The notes: a model not told the origin generated them from the sequence alone. Shown: positions 1 to 12,735, numbered from the whole stretch's first letter. The stretch: 63,338 bases of DNA, filler included, from Octopus bimaculoides (GCF_001194135.2; 4 parts of 4 records of this genome joined end to end with filler, not necessarily neighbours in it); one strand, 5' to 3'. Numbers and translations are program-made.

Positions 1-78
1 TATATATATATATATATATATATGTACATATGTATATACATATGTATATATGTGTGTATATATATATACATATATATC

Positions 79-480
79 ATCATCATCATCATCGTTTAAC
101 GTCCGCTTTCCATGCTAGCATGGGTTGGACGATTTGACTGAGGACTGGTGAAACTGGATGGCAACACCAGGCTCCAATCTAAATTTGGCAGAGTTTCTAC
201 AGCTGGATGCCCTTCCTAATGCCAATCGCTCTGAGAGTGTAGTAGGTGCTTTTACGTGTCACCTGCATGATAGCCAGTCAGGCGATACTGGCAACGGCCA
301 CGCTCGAAATGGTGTCTTTTATGTGCCACCCATACAAGCCAGTCCAGGGGCACTGGCAACGATCTCGCTCGAAAATCCTACAAAGGCCAGTCAGGCGGTA
401 CTGGCAACGGCCACGCTCAAAATGGTGCATCTTATGTGCCACCCGCACAAGAGCCAGTCACTGGCAACGATCTTATCCAT
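79..480 (-). mobile_element. RTE-LINE 3'-end-derived repeat (family C) with (GAT)n tail and internal minisatellite
   Basis: CATCATCGTTTAACGTCCGCTTTCCATGCTAGCATGGGTTGGAC...CTGGATGCCCTTCCTAA recurs across the window; the same tail is contiguous with RTE RT coding sequence at 37860-38200. Confidence 0.8.
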
Positions 481-2089
481 ATGTATATATATACACATAT
501 ATGTATATATATACACATACATATGTATATACGTATATATATATATATGTATATATATATGTATATATGCATTTTTATTTTATCTAGTTTCAGCTCATGA
601 GCTGTGGCCATGCTGGGGCACTGCCACACACATGTAAATATGTATATATATGTATGTATAAGTATGCATGTATCATCATCATCATTATTTAAATAACTGT
701 TGTACATATGTTACCGTAATTGACTTGTTATATGTTTATATCATCAATATCCATCATTTGATTAGCACTTGAAATCTAAGTAAATGCTTAAAATCAAGAA
801 AATATAGTATGTGCTATAACACCTTGCAGAATATATACCATACAGTATATAGCATCATCATCATCATTTAACGTCTGCCTTCCATGCTGGCATGGGTGAG
901 AAATTGTGTGTTGAAACAGTTATTGTTTATTTCAGGATGGTCATTTTCTTTTTTGTTTTTTTTTTGCCAAATAAACACACACATTATATCAGCCGAAATG
1001 TTGTATTAACAACAAATAAGATGAGGACAAATATCTGTCGAATGTAAATAATGTACATAATTCCTCATCTCTTAAATATAGAACTGTAACAAGATGAAAT
1101 TTGGTTACTATTTCTAGCAGATCAAATGAGGCTGCAGAGACGCTTCTCTCATGGGAAGGATAGTGAGAGGGGGACGATTAGGAGCCAAAATATTGGACAT
1201 GCACTGAACTAGCGACAATTTACCACTTAGAAATCTGAAGAATACGTTTTTCTTCAATTATTACTCCATGAAACATTTTCCTTGGTTTTATAACACAGAT
1301 TTGTATGGTTTCACAAGTTTTGGTATATATNNNNNNNNNNNNNNNNNNNNNNNNNNNNNNNNNNNNNNNNNNNNNNNNNNNNNNNNNNNNNNNNNNNNNN
1401 NNNNNNNNNNNNNNNNNNNNNNNNNNNNNNNNNNNNNNNNNNNNNNNNNNNNNNNNNNNNNNNNNNNNNNNNNNNNNNNNNNNNNNNNNNNNNNNNNNNN
1501 NNNNNNNNNNNNNNNNNNNNNNNNNNNNNNNNNNNNNNNNNNNNNNNNNNNNNNNNNNNNNNNNNNNNNNNNNNNNNNNNNNNNNNNNNNNNNNNNNNNN
1601 NNNNNNNNNNNNNNNNNNNNNNNNNNNNNNNNNNNNNNNNNNNNNNNNNNNNNNNNNNNNNNNNNNNNNNNNNNNNNNNNNNNNNNNNNNNNNNNNNNNN
1701 NNNNNNNNNNNNNNNNNNNNNNNNNNNNNNNNNNNNNNNNNNNNNNNNNNNNNNNNNNNNNNNNNNNNNNNNNNNNNNNNNNNNNNNNNNNNNNNNNNGT
1801 TTTGCTCAACATCCTTAAACAAACCTTATTCAGGGACCTTTTGAGCAGGCTGGGCTACTCGACCTGAAGAAAATTCTAACTGGGTCCCACCTGCGAAGTC
1901 ATGTGCTGTTTATCTTGATATGAGATCACCATGTCACACACATATGGTTGTGATGCATGTGCCTGGTGTACCCTTATCAGACAAGTAGTCATGATGGGTA
2001 TAATGGGTTTCGTATATTTTACCCCAGTGTCACTTTGATGGCATGCTCTGCTCTCTCACTCAATAATAATAATAATAATAATAATAATA

Positions 2090-2390
2090 AAGACCTGGAA
2101 ATAGAAGTAGCTTGAATGTGGAATCTAAAAACAGAAACAATTCCTATCATAGTAGGCGCCTTAGGTATAATAAAAAAAATATTCAGACAAATACATAACA
2201 AAAACACCAGGACTTACAAATATATATAACATACAGAAAATTGCACTACTGGGCACTGCACACATCCTACGCAAAACACTTTCAATACAGTAATCATAAG
2301 GGCATCACAGCAAACCACAGCACATACCCAAGGCACAGAGAGCTGCGATCGGTAGTGAAGTGAAAGCATGTGATAAAAATAAGACTACTG
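2090..2390 (+). mobile_element. R4/Dong-like RLE LINE, 5'-truncated 3' end
   Basis: Decayed KDLEIEVA*MWNLKTETIPIIVGALG...IQKIALLGTAHILRKTLSIQ*, the C-terminus of restriction-like endonuclease LINEs; (AAT)n on both sides. Confidence 0.8.
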
Positions 2391-2410
2391 AATAATAATA
2401 ATAATAATAA

Positions 2411-2645
2411 TCACTGGAGCATTGGGTTCAGTACCACCCAATCTGAAAAAAAACATCTGGAAACCTTAGGGATACCCTACAATCTAGATGTATTGCAAAA
2501 GTCGGCATTACTTGGAACTGCATGCATATTGGGTAAAATACTGTTTGTCTGAGGTCCTTGTGACTTGACAAACAGTACAAACCCCCAGTAGACACAATAT
2601 CTTCAATCAACAACATCACGATATTGTATACTGTGTGACGTCTAT
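2411..2645 (+). mobile_element. R4/Dong-like RLE LINE 3' end (second lineage)
   Basis: TGALGSVPPNL..HLETLGIPYNLDVLQKSALLGTACILGKILFV* plus 3' UTR; similar to 12852-13125; AAT-flanked. Confidence 0.8.
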
Positions 2646-3342
2646 AATAATAACAACAATAATAATTATTATTCTTTCCAAGTGAGGCACCAGGCCAGCA
2701 GTTTTGAGCGAGGAGGGACAAGGAATTTACCACCGCTCCAGTACTCAACTGGTACATATTTTATCAACCCTGAAAGAATAAAAGACAAATTTCACTTCAA
2801 CAACATTTGAAATGCAAACATAATTTTGATATAAATGCTACTGAGCATTTTACCGGTGTGTTAATGATTCTGCCGGCTTTCCTCCTCAAATGTTATGTTA
2901 TAACGATATATTTTTGCAATAATGAAGGCTATATATTATAAATTATATAGCGTATATCACTTAGTGTATAATTTACCTTACAAACCTGATTAAGGAAGCA
3001 GACTGTAAACTATGTAAAAGCAGAAGAAACTGGACAAATAAATTGGCCAGAATCACTAAGGTATTAATTCAACGGTTAATTATAAATGTTATGTCCATAG
3101 AAGTAATTTGTCTTTCTGGAACGTTACTAAATAGAAATGAAATAAAAATATACAAAACAAGAGTGAATTATATATATATATATAATATGATAATAGTCGT
3201 GTGAATGTAAGGTAACATTAGGGGCAGTGGAGTCAGAAAATCAAGTATTGCAAGATAGATTTGGAAGATTTCATCGCGTTAGACTAATTATAGACATTTT
3301 AAAACAGATACGTGTGTGTGTGTGTGTGTGTGTGTATAGATT

Positions 3343-3385
<43 letters not shown>

Positions 3386-3506
3386 GCATGTACATATAGA
3401 TAGACATAGGTATAGATACACATATATATGTATATATATATAGGCACATATATATATATGCTTATAAATATATGTATATATACATACATATATATATGTA
3501 TGTATG

Positions 3507-3553
<47 letters not shown>

Positions 3554-3614
3554 ATGTGTTTGTGGGTATATGTATATATATATGTGCATTTGTGTGTGTC
3601 TATGTGTGTCTGTG

Positions 3615-3645
<31 letters not shown>

Positions 3646-3654
3646 ATATATATA

Positions 3655-3693
<39 letters not shown>

Positions 3694-3740
3694 GCAAGCT
3701 AGTAGAATTGTTANNNNNNNNNNTATATATATATATAAAA

Positions 3741-3958
3741 CAGCAAGCTAGTAGAATTGTTAGCACGCAGAGTGAAAGGCTTAGCGGTATTTCGTCTGTC
3801 TTTATGTTCTGAGTTCAAATTCTGCCGAGGTCGACTTTGACTTTCATCCATTCGAAGTTGATTAAATAAGAAGCAGTTATTCACTGGGGTCGATTTAATT
3901 GACTTTATCCCTTTGTTTGTCCTTGTTTATCCCCTCTATGTAGGCAATAAAGAAATAA
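3741..3958 (+). mobile_element. SINE-like family A copy
   Basis: Recurrent core GCTTAGCGGTATTTCGTCTGTC...GAGTTCAAATTCTGCCGAGGTCGACTTTG...CTGGGGTCGAT. Confidence 0.8.
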
Positions 3959-4339
3959 ATATATATATATATATATGTACATGTATGTTGTATTTCATTA
4001 TAGTATTGTATGTTATAAAGTAGCTGCAAAGTTTAGATATATATCTATGATCTGCTCACTAAACTTGTGGTGTTGGGTTCAATCTCACAGTGACAGACCA
4101 TGGGCTGGTGTTTCCTACTATTCCACCACAGCTTGAGGTTGACTAGAGCCTTGTGAGTGTATTTGGTAGGCAGAATCTGAAAGAGGCCCATCTATCAAAT
4201 TCACTCACACATCATTTGTTGACCTGGGAGCAAGACACTTGCCTAAGGTGCCATGCAGTTAATCTTTAAAAAATCTATATAGTTGCAAAGCAAGGTTCTT
4301 AATCATTTGACCATTCATGCATCAATTATATGTGTGTGT

Positions 4340-4640
4340 GTGTGTGAGTATATACACAGGTGCCGGTGGCACATGAGAAGCACCTTTCAAGTGTTGGGCC
4401 TCACAGAGAGGATAACAAATGAGTGAGACCTTTGGAAATATGCCATGCTTGAGAAGGAGAGCCATCAACAAGCCTACACTTTTTGGAGTGGTTGGCATTA
4501 AAAAGGGCATCCAGCTGTAGAAACCATGCCAAATCAGACTGGAGTCTGGTGCAGCCCCACCATACCAGCCCTGGTCAAACCATCCAACCCATGCCAGCAT
4601 GGACAATGGATGTTAAAAGATGGTGATGATGATGATGATG
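4340..4640 (+). mobile_element. Family C RTE-tail repeat
   Basis: GGCATCCAGCTGTAGAAACC...CAACCCATGCCAGCATGGA...(GAT)n. Confidence 0.75.
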
Positions 4641-4680
4641 CTGATGATATATATATATATAGGTAGAGAGAGAGAGAGAG

Positions 4681-4797
4681 GATAAGAAATGGAGCAATAA
4701 TTACCAGTGAGAAGCAGATCATTGGTGTTTTTTTAAATAATGACTTTCAAACACCAATGATCCGCTTCTCACTGTTAATTATTACTCCATTCTTATC
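4681..4797. repeat. Inverted repeat / hairpin, ~50-bp arms
   Basis: 4681-4730 is the reverse complement of 4749-4797 with 3 mismatches and 1 indel; 18-nt spacer. Confidence 0.9.
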
Positions 4798-4986
4798 ATC
4801 TCTATGTATATTAAACCACAGTTTTACTTTTAAATTACCTACTACCGTATACCTTAGAACAAGGACCATTCATACTGTGGTAATTACCAGAAGTGCCTAT
4901 TGATACATCTCTCCCTTAGAAAGTTACATTACCTCTAACTTATATCTTACACAATATNNNNNNNNNNNNNNNNNNNNNNNNNNNNN

Positions 4987-5049
<63 letters not shown>

Positions 5050-6739
5050 TTGGACTTCCTCTCAGTTTCCTTCTACTAAATTCACTCACAGTGCATTTAA
5101 GATGGTCTGGGACTATGGTAAAAAACATTTGCCATGCAGTGGGTCTGAATCCCAAACTATAAAGTGGCAAAGTGAGTTTTCCTAACCTGAAAAAGAAAAT
5201 AGTGGGGAAAAAAATGTTCGAGAAGCATTGATCTAACTCTTGCAAGCTTAGGAAAATAGACATAAAGCATAAACAACATGTGTGTATGTGTGATATCTTT
5301 GTTTGCCTCCTATACCTCTTCCCTATTCTCTCTCTCTTCTCTTATTCCTTCCTCTCCATCTTCTGCTCCTACCTCTGAGAGAGAGAGGAGGAGGAAGATT
5401 GCGGCAAAACAAACAAAATTGGTAAACAAAATGAGTTAGACTTGTCCAAGGCAGTGACGAAAGTATGATGAGATCGTTTGACCTGCCTAAAAGATATAGC
5501 AACCACGTCTCCCCTTGCATCACAACGCATCCGATCTACTGTCCTAAATAAAAAACAAATTGCACATCGGATAATGGAACAGTCATAGACTTGTCCCTAA
5601 AAATGAAAAGGCCAGGGATATTCATGACAAGGACGTCTTTGCGTATATGTCTGTGGAATTAAATTTATTCTACAGCTAAACAACTGAGCCAACATCAATC
5701 TTGTTTAGTAGCAGCCTCTATAGCCTGAACAAATGGTTAATTTCTAGAATTCCATATTGAAATAATGAGATTGTGTTTAACAATATCAAAAATCCATCCC
5801 TTGCGTTTTTTTGTTTTTTTTCTATTCTCCTTTTTGTTGTCTCCCCTTCATCTCCTTTTGCATTCAAGGTAAATATTTGAACAACGACTCTACTGATTTT
5901 GCAGTTCTTAGCCATTAGTTAGGTACACATTGTGCGATCCATTGGTTTATTTTGTCACTGCCATCCATTCCTTGATTAACATCCCCACCACCACCACCAC
6001 CACCACCCACTACATCATGCCCTGATCCTCATCTGACAGCACATTACACTTGTACCTTGTACCTGCCAATCGCTGCTAGAGAATATTGGCTTTTCCTGGT
6101 ACTACTACTACTACTANNNNNNNNNNNNNNNNNNNNNNNNNNNNNNNNNNNNNNNNNNNNNNNNNNNNNNNNNNNNNNNNNNNNNNNNNNNNNNNNNNNN
6201 NNNNNNNNNNNNNNNNNNNNNNNNNNNNNNNNNNNNNNNNNNNNNNNNNNNNNNNNNNNNNNNNNNNNNNNNNNNNNNNNNNNNNNNNNNNNNNNNNNNN
6301 NNNNNNNNNNNNNNNNNNNNNNNNNNNNNNNNNNNNNNNNNNNNNNNNNNNNNNNNNNNNNNNNNNNNNNNNNNNNNNNNNNNNNNNNNNNNNNNNNNNN
6401 NNNNNNNNNNNNNNNNNNNNNNNNNNNNNNNNNNNNNNNNNNNNNNNNNNNNNNNNNNNNNNNNNNNNNNNNNNNNNNNNNNNNNNNNNNNNNNNNNNNN
6501 NNNNNNNNNNNNNNNNNNNNNNNNNNNNNNNNNNNNNNNNNNNNNNNNNNNNNNNNNNNNNNNNNNNNNNNNNNNNNNNNNNNNNNNNNNNNNNNNNNNN
6601 NNNNNNNNNNNNNNNNNNNNNNNNNNNNNNNNNNNNNNNNNNNNNNNNNNNNNNNNNNNNNNNNNNNNNNNNNNNNNNNNNNNNNNNNNNNNNNNNNNNN
6701 NNNNNNNNNNNNNNNNNNNNNNNNNNNNNNNNNNNNNAA

Positions 6740-7340
6740 CTTCTTCAGCCACATTATTGCTGAATTTGTTGTTGTTGCTGTTGTAGTTGTCGCTACTATC
6801 ATTGCCAGCAGTGGTTGTTAATATGGCAGTTGCTATTCTCACAAGTATCATCATCATCATCGTCATCATCATCATCGTCATCATCATCATCATCATCGTC
6901 ATCATCATCATCGCTATCATCAACAAAATCAACACCATCCTTATCACCACTACCACCACCACCACCACCACTTCTGCTATCACAACCTCCACTACTACAA
7001 CATCCACTACTACTACTACTACCATTGCTACTGCAACTACTATCCTCAAATTCACCACCACCTCTACTACTTTGACTACCATGGCTACTACTACTACTAC
7101 TGTACAATGACAACTACTACCACTATTATTGCTACTATTACTATGACTACTACGATGATTACTACTACTACTACTACTGCTGCTGCTACTACTACTACTA
7201 CTACTACTGCTGCTGCTACTACTACTACTACTACTACTGCTGCTGCTACTACTACTACTGTACGATGACAACTACTACCACTATTATTGCTACTATTACT
7301 ATGACTACTATGATGATTACTACTACTACTACTGCTGCTG

Positions 7341-7411
<71 letters not shown>

Positions 7412-7440
7412 GCTTTGTGCTGCTGCTGTTGTTGTTGGTA
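6740..7440. repeat. Compound trinucleotide low-complexity block (ATC/ACC/ACT/GCT)
   Basis: Direct reading; includes a ~158-bp internal duplication (7101 vs 7259). Confidence 0.9.
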
Positions 7441-7663
7441 GAGACTGACCATTGCTATAGCAAAAAGGAGGAGGAAGCTTCCAGAAAACGATGATGAGTA
7501 AATATATTTACTTATTCCGAGTGCATGCTGAACCACAATTTAAATCAATGCTGAAGTATGCAATTAATTAGCATCATTACCGGCAACAATAGCACACAAC
7601 ATCAGACAGCTTAGCTGAAGTTCATTCAGGTATAATGTGATCATGGTCTTAATAACAATAATA

Positions 7664-7705
<42 letters not shown>

Positions 7706-7729
7706 TGTACTAATAATAATAATAATAAT

Positions 7730-7913
7730 ATTGGTTTCAAATTTTGGCACAAAGCCAGCAATTTTAGGGAAGAGAGTAAGTTGACTACATTGACCCCAGT
7801 AAGTACCAGTGCACAACTGGTACTTATTTTATGAAACCTGAAAGGATGAATGCAAAAATTGGCCTTGGCAGAATTTGAACTCGGAGCACGAAGATACAAG
7901 CAATGCCACTAAG
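7730..7913 (-). mobile_element. SINE-like family A copy
   Basis: Reverse complement of family A core; (ATT)n tail to the left. Confidence 0.8.
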
Positions 7914-7935
7914 TGAGAATCCATCATTATGAAAG

Positions 7936-8145
7936 CGATGAGCTGATAGAACCGTTATCATGCCAGGCAAAGTGCTTTGCAGCATTTCGTCTGTTGTTAT
8001 GTTTTGAGTTCAAATTCTGCCAAGGCTGAATTTGCCTTTCGTCCTTTCAGGGTCGATAAAATATGTACCAGTTTAGCACTGGAGGGTCAATGTAACCGAC
8101 TTAACCCCTTCCCTGAAATTACTGGCCATTTACCAAAATTTGAAA

Positions 8146-8146
<1 letters not shown>
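7936..8146 (+). mobile_element. SINE-like family A copy
   Basis: Family A core followed by (ATT)n tail. Confidence 0.8.
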
Positions 8147-8188
<42 letters not shown>

Positions 8189-8309
8189 CATTATTATTAT
8201 TATTATTGTATAGTGGAAGAGCAGAAATCAGAAAGGGGCAATGAATACACCTTTTGTTATTCAGTTATCTCTCTTGAAATTCTTAGTTCAAATCCTAGGC
8301 AATAAATAC

Positions 8310-8444
8310 CACAGCTTCACTTATTCTGGCCGTCACTTCTCCAATATCATTTGAATAAAAAGTACTTGAATAGATAAAAGCGGATCCATGTGGATTTAGT
8401 GTAGAATACATAGAAACTGGTCTGATCCGGAACTTTTCATCAAC
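8310..8444 (-). CDS. Weak candidate exon, unknown protein
   Basis: Acceptor ttctccatttcatcaatattacAG; one long open frame VDEKFRIRPVSMYSTLNPHGSAFIYSSTFYSNDIGEVTARISEAV; weak donor GTG|gtattt, or stop at 8295-8297. Confidence 0.2.
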
Positions 8445-9234
8445 CTGTAATATTGATGAAATGGAGAAACGAACTACTGTTCCATATATTTAAGCATTCA
8501 TTGGTGTTTGGATGAGCTTCCCTTCCCAAACAACTGGAGACAGTAGCTGAAGGCTATTTATTAAAATGTAAATAAAATTTGTGAATGACACAAGTCATTC
8601 GTTTCTGTATTTCTATAATGGTACAAAGTTGATGGCTGGATACTAATTACTATTTCTACAGTACTAATGCAGTATGAGTTATGAATACATAAATTTATCA
8701 ACTCGCTTTGCCTCCCGCCTTAAGCATTGAGATTTCTGATGGAGAAGTAGGAGACGTGCTGTCATGACTTGTGATTGTCTTGGTCATTTAGATTTGGTTT
8801 AACCCACCCCACTTCAGGTCTGATTACAGATGTGTTCTTCCACAGAGAGAGAGAGAGGGGGAGGGGGTTGAAAGGAGGAGGGAGAGAGAAAGATAGAGAA
8901 AAGAATTGGTTTCCCTCCCCGTCTACCAATATGACTATGATCGTATTTACCAACTAGAAAAAGATGAAAAGCAAAAGTAATCTCAGCTGGAATTGAACTC
9001 AGAACACAGGGACGAAAACAAGCACTGCAATATAGGCAGAGGTGGGAGATAGGTGCAGGTGTGGATAGGAACAGGCATGGCTGTGTGGTAAGATGTTTGC
9101 TTCCGAACAACATGGTTTCTGGTTCACTCCTACTGTGTTACACTTTGGGAATGTATTTTCTATTATAGCCCCAGGCGAACCAAAACCTTGTGGGTGGATT
9201 TAGTAAATAAGAACTGAAACAAGCCATTATATAT

Positions 9235-9480
9235 CATCATCATTATCATCATCCTCAAGTAGCATCTATTTTGCATCCTGTCCATCATCTTCATCATTAA
9301 TGTTTGTTTTCCATGGGTCAGATGGCTTGACAGGAGTTGGCAAACCAGAGAAATGCACCAGGCTCCAACTATCTGTTTTGGCACAGTGTCTACTGTTTGA
9401 TGCCCTTCCTAACACCAGCCACTTTACAGAGTGTACTGGGTGCTTTTCATGTGGCACAAGAGCTTTTTACAGTGCCACCA
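9235..9480 (-). mobile_element. Family C RTE-tail repeat
   Basis: Reverse-strand copy of the GATGCCCTTCCTAACACCAGCCAC core with (CAT)n. Confidence 0.7.
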
Positions 9481-9756
9481 TTGGTGTTTCTTACATGGAA
9501 CCAATGTTGAAGCATCGAGTGCATTAGAATTTATAGAATTGAAGAATTCTTGAACACAGAAGAATAGCTGTGAAAACAAATTCTAGAAATTATTCCTATA
9601 AGTTGAAAAAAGTGGTCATCAGATATTACAGAGTCCAGTTCTACGTAGTGGGTGTTGGTCACATCTTTCTCTCTACAGGGGTATTTTTACCCATTTTTCA
9701 AATAGCTGTTTTTACAGCTGCTGTCCTATATTTGAGCTTTCTTCATACATATAGGT

Positions 9757-9916
9757 ACAGGCATGGCTGTGTGGTAAGTAGTTTGCTTACTAACCACATG
9801 GTTCCGGGTTCAGTCCCACTGCGTGGCCTCCATGGGCAAGTGCCTTCTACTCTAGCCTCTAGCCGACCAAAGCCTTGTGAGTGGATTTGGTAGACGGAAA
9901 CTGAAAGAAGCCCGTC

Positions 9917-9950
<34 letters not shown>
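9757..9950 (+). mobile_element. tRNA-headed SINE family D, 5' half
   Basis: CAGGCATGGCTGTGTGGTAAGTAG...GGTTCAGTCCCACTGCGTGGC...GGAAACTGAAAGAAGCCC then (TG)n; related heads near 9069, 19180-19306 (-) and 42335. Confidence 0.75.
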
Positions 9951-9951
<1 letters not shown>

Positions 9952-10847
9952 ATTGTTGCTGTTTCCATGCCCTGACTTTGTGTAATAGTTGCATTAGTAT
10001 CACTCTCATGCAAGCAGTGTCATAATTCACTTCCTATCTTCCATGAAAATGACCTTACTTGGAAACAGGTGAGGGTTGGTGACAGCCAGAGCATCCAGCC
10101 ATGGAAAATTCACTTCAACAAAATCTATCAAATCCATGTAAGCATGGCAAAAAAGGCATTCGAACAATGTTGATGATGTGTTGATGAATGCATCCAATCT
10201 GATGCTCAGATATCTGCCAGATTGCAACTTCTCTCATTTTCTGCTACTGCTAGAGTAGGACTATCAATCAACCAAGAAAGGGTGAAAGGTAAAGTTGAAC
10301 TAAGCAGGAACTGAACTCAGAACACAGAAACGAAAATTAGTATCACAATGCTTTGAATCTGAAGCTCAAATGCCTGCCATTTTACTGCATTGTACAGACA
10401 TAAAAGTCTATATGCATTTAGTATTACTATAAAATCCTGCTGTGGATTTCAGTGATAATATTTTTGGTGCAACTATAATTAGCTTTTATATTGTTTCTGC
10501 TGAACAAGTTGTTGTACTTGTGGTTAGTGGAGAAATGTTTATTTGACACTTTTAGAAGCATTTTAGCTATGTTGGACACTACATTCATAGTACAGGAATT
10601 TAGAAACATTATAATTGTATTTCTATTTTTCTGGTCTGAGTGTTAAACAAAATACTGTATCCTTGCTAGCATTTAATATTTATATGTCAGTTACCAGGAA
10701 TGTATTTAATATGTAAAGTGGTCTATCCAATAGTGTTTACACCACTAAACTTTGTGGGTATTTTAGCAATGCTTTCATGGATAGTTGACGAGTTGGATAT
10801 GGTGCTGATGAAAGAGCAATAACTCTTGAAATATGCATATACATCCA

Positions 10848-10946
10848 TTAACTATTTTTCCTATCTTCCATTGCATTGTTAGCATAGACGTATTCGTCTG
10901 CAAAACATCGTAACTTAAAGTGTTGGCTCTGAATTCTATAGAAAAC
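10848..10946 (-). CDS. Candidate terminal exon, unknown protein
   Basis: Acceptor ttttaagtttatctctacAG, phase 0, VFYRIQSQHFKLRCFADEYVYANNAMEDRKNS*; AATAAA on the minus strand at 10538-10543. Confidence 0.35.
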   Translation of the reverse strand, partial: VFYRIQSQHFKLRCFADEYVYANNAMEDRKNS

Positions 10947-12064
10947 CTGTAGAGATAAACTTAAAAATATATATTTTATATATATTGTCAGTGCTGTGTA
11001 TGTATTGTGCAAAGTGTAAAAGATGAACAAACTGTAGAATCATGGAAAAAAAAAATGCAGATATATCATGGACAAACCTGGTGTCAGCTGATAACCTATG
11101 ATAACTGTATTTAATATTTAAAGCTCTTCACTATCATAACTTTAACAAAAATTGTTTATGTAGGTAAGCTCTGAAATATATTACTACAAGTGCACTTAAA
11201 TATGTTAAAATCCTAAAAATATACGTCTGCTTTGTAGAGTAACGTTAAGTCTTTCTACCTCTTTTGAAGGTTGTCTTTGCGTTGAAATATTGTATCTACT
11301 TTCGAGTTTGACTTGCTAGAAATAGCAGCCAAACCTCCCTGAAGATGTACGTACTAACTTTCTTTTAAAAACAATGAGGTACACATCAGATAATGTAGTA
11401 CTTGATACACCATGTTTGTATAATAAAAATAGAGAAAAGGAAAAAGATAGATAAATACATACCAGCTGGTCAGGGCAGTAATGCCTTTTTTTTTATAAGT
11501 TTGTGTTGTACGGGAAGAAAGAAGTAGAAGAAAAAGTCATCTTCTTCAACAGATGCATACAGTTGAAGAAACAAAGAATTTTCAAAGAAAAAGAAGAGGA
11601 ATTTCTCTTCTTTTTCCTTTAAAGTTTTTTCCCTCCTCTTCTTCCTCCAGTCTCTTCCCCTTCTCCATCTTCAGTCTCTTCTTCTTCTCCATCTTCAGTC
11701 TCTTCCTCTTCTTCCTCCTCTTCTCCCTCAATCGCTTCTTCCTTTTTCTCTTCCTCTCAATATTCAGTCTCTTCTGCCTCCTCTTTTCTTCTTCAGCCTC
11801 CTCCTCCTCCTCCTCTCTTCTTGCTCTTGTTGTTGTTGTTGCTGTTGTTGTTGTTGTTGTTCTTCTTCTTCTTTACTCCTCCTCATCCGTCCTTTCTTTC
11901 CTTCCTTCCTTTATCTCTGTCCTTACAGCCTTTCCTTTCCCCATTTTTTTCTTCTCCCCCAGCCATAAACGATTCCTGCTTCTATCTGCTGCCACCACCG
12001 CCAAATAAAGTACAAGCACCCAGCCTTCCTCCATCACCAAAAAATGCACACTCACATAACGTAC

Positions 12065-12310
12065 CAATGTGTAATAATTTATTCCAGCCACCATTTCCTG
12101 GACTCTGCCATCCGAAAAGATATTTCTTCCCCATGAAGTCAGCAAGTAGCAGGCTAGCATACACATCCATGCGACAATAATGGCATGTGCTGAAGTGTTC
12201 CGTGAAATGTCTGTAGAAACAATGTCGCCACTGTGTCGACACTGTTTCAATCCCGGGGCATCAACAGCAGTGCCACCACTGTCTCCACCATGCAATAATA
12301 TATCAATTTG
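12065..12310 (-). CDS. Candidate internal exon with a hydrophobic segment, unknown protein
   Basis: 82 open codons QIDILLHGGDSGGTAVDAPG...AHAIIVAWMCMLACYLLTSW...VAGINYYTL between cctgtcctaatAG and GTacgt (alternative GTgagt 9 nt on; alternative acceptor starting the exon at 12210); phase 0 end matches 10946. Confidence 0.4.
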
Positions 12311-12326
12311 CTATTAGGACAGGAAT

Positions 12327-12476
12327 GATATTGGATTCGAATTTTGGCACAAAGCCAGAAATTTTGAGGGGAGGGGTAAGTCAATTACATAGACCCCCGT
12401 ACTCAACTGATGCTTTTTTTTTACCAACCCTGAATGGATGAGAGGCAAAGTTGACTTCAGTGGAATTTGAACTCTC
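12327..12476 (-). mobile_element. SINE-like family A copy
   Basis: Reverse family A core. Confidence 0.7.
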
Positions 12477-12477
12477 C

Positions 12478-12735
12478 CGTGCTGGTGGCACATAAAAAGT
12501 ACTATTCGAATGTGATCGATGCCAGAGCCACCTGACTGGCTCCTGTGCCACTGGCAGCATGTGAAAAGAACACGCTACACTCTTCTTGGAGTGGTTGGCA
12601 TTAGGAAGGATGTCCAGCTGTAGAAACATTGCCAAATCAGATTGGAGCTTGGTGCAGCCTTCTGGCTCTCCAGACCTCAGTCAAACCGTCCAACCCATGC
12701 CAGCATGGAAAGTGGATGTTAAATGACAATGATGC
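12478..12735 (+). mobile_element. Family C RTE-tail repeat
   Basis: GGCATTAGGAAGGATGTCCAGCTGTAGAAAC...CCAACCCATGCCAGCATGGAAAGTGGATGTTAAATG. Confidence 0.75.

Noticed and set aside
3680-3763. Direct repeat TATATAAAACAGCAAGCTAGTAGAATTGTTA either side of a short gap
   Set aside because: Overlapping contig ends joined by Ns.
12270-12295. GDSGG serine-protease/hydrolase-like motif in the minus exon candidate
   Set aside because: Flanking residues do not fit trypsin or alpha/beta-hydrolase patterns; a 5-residue match is not evidence.
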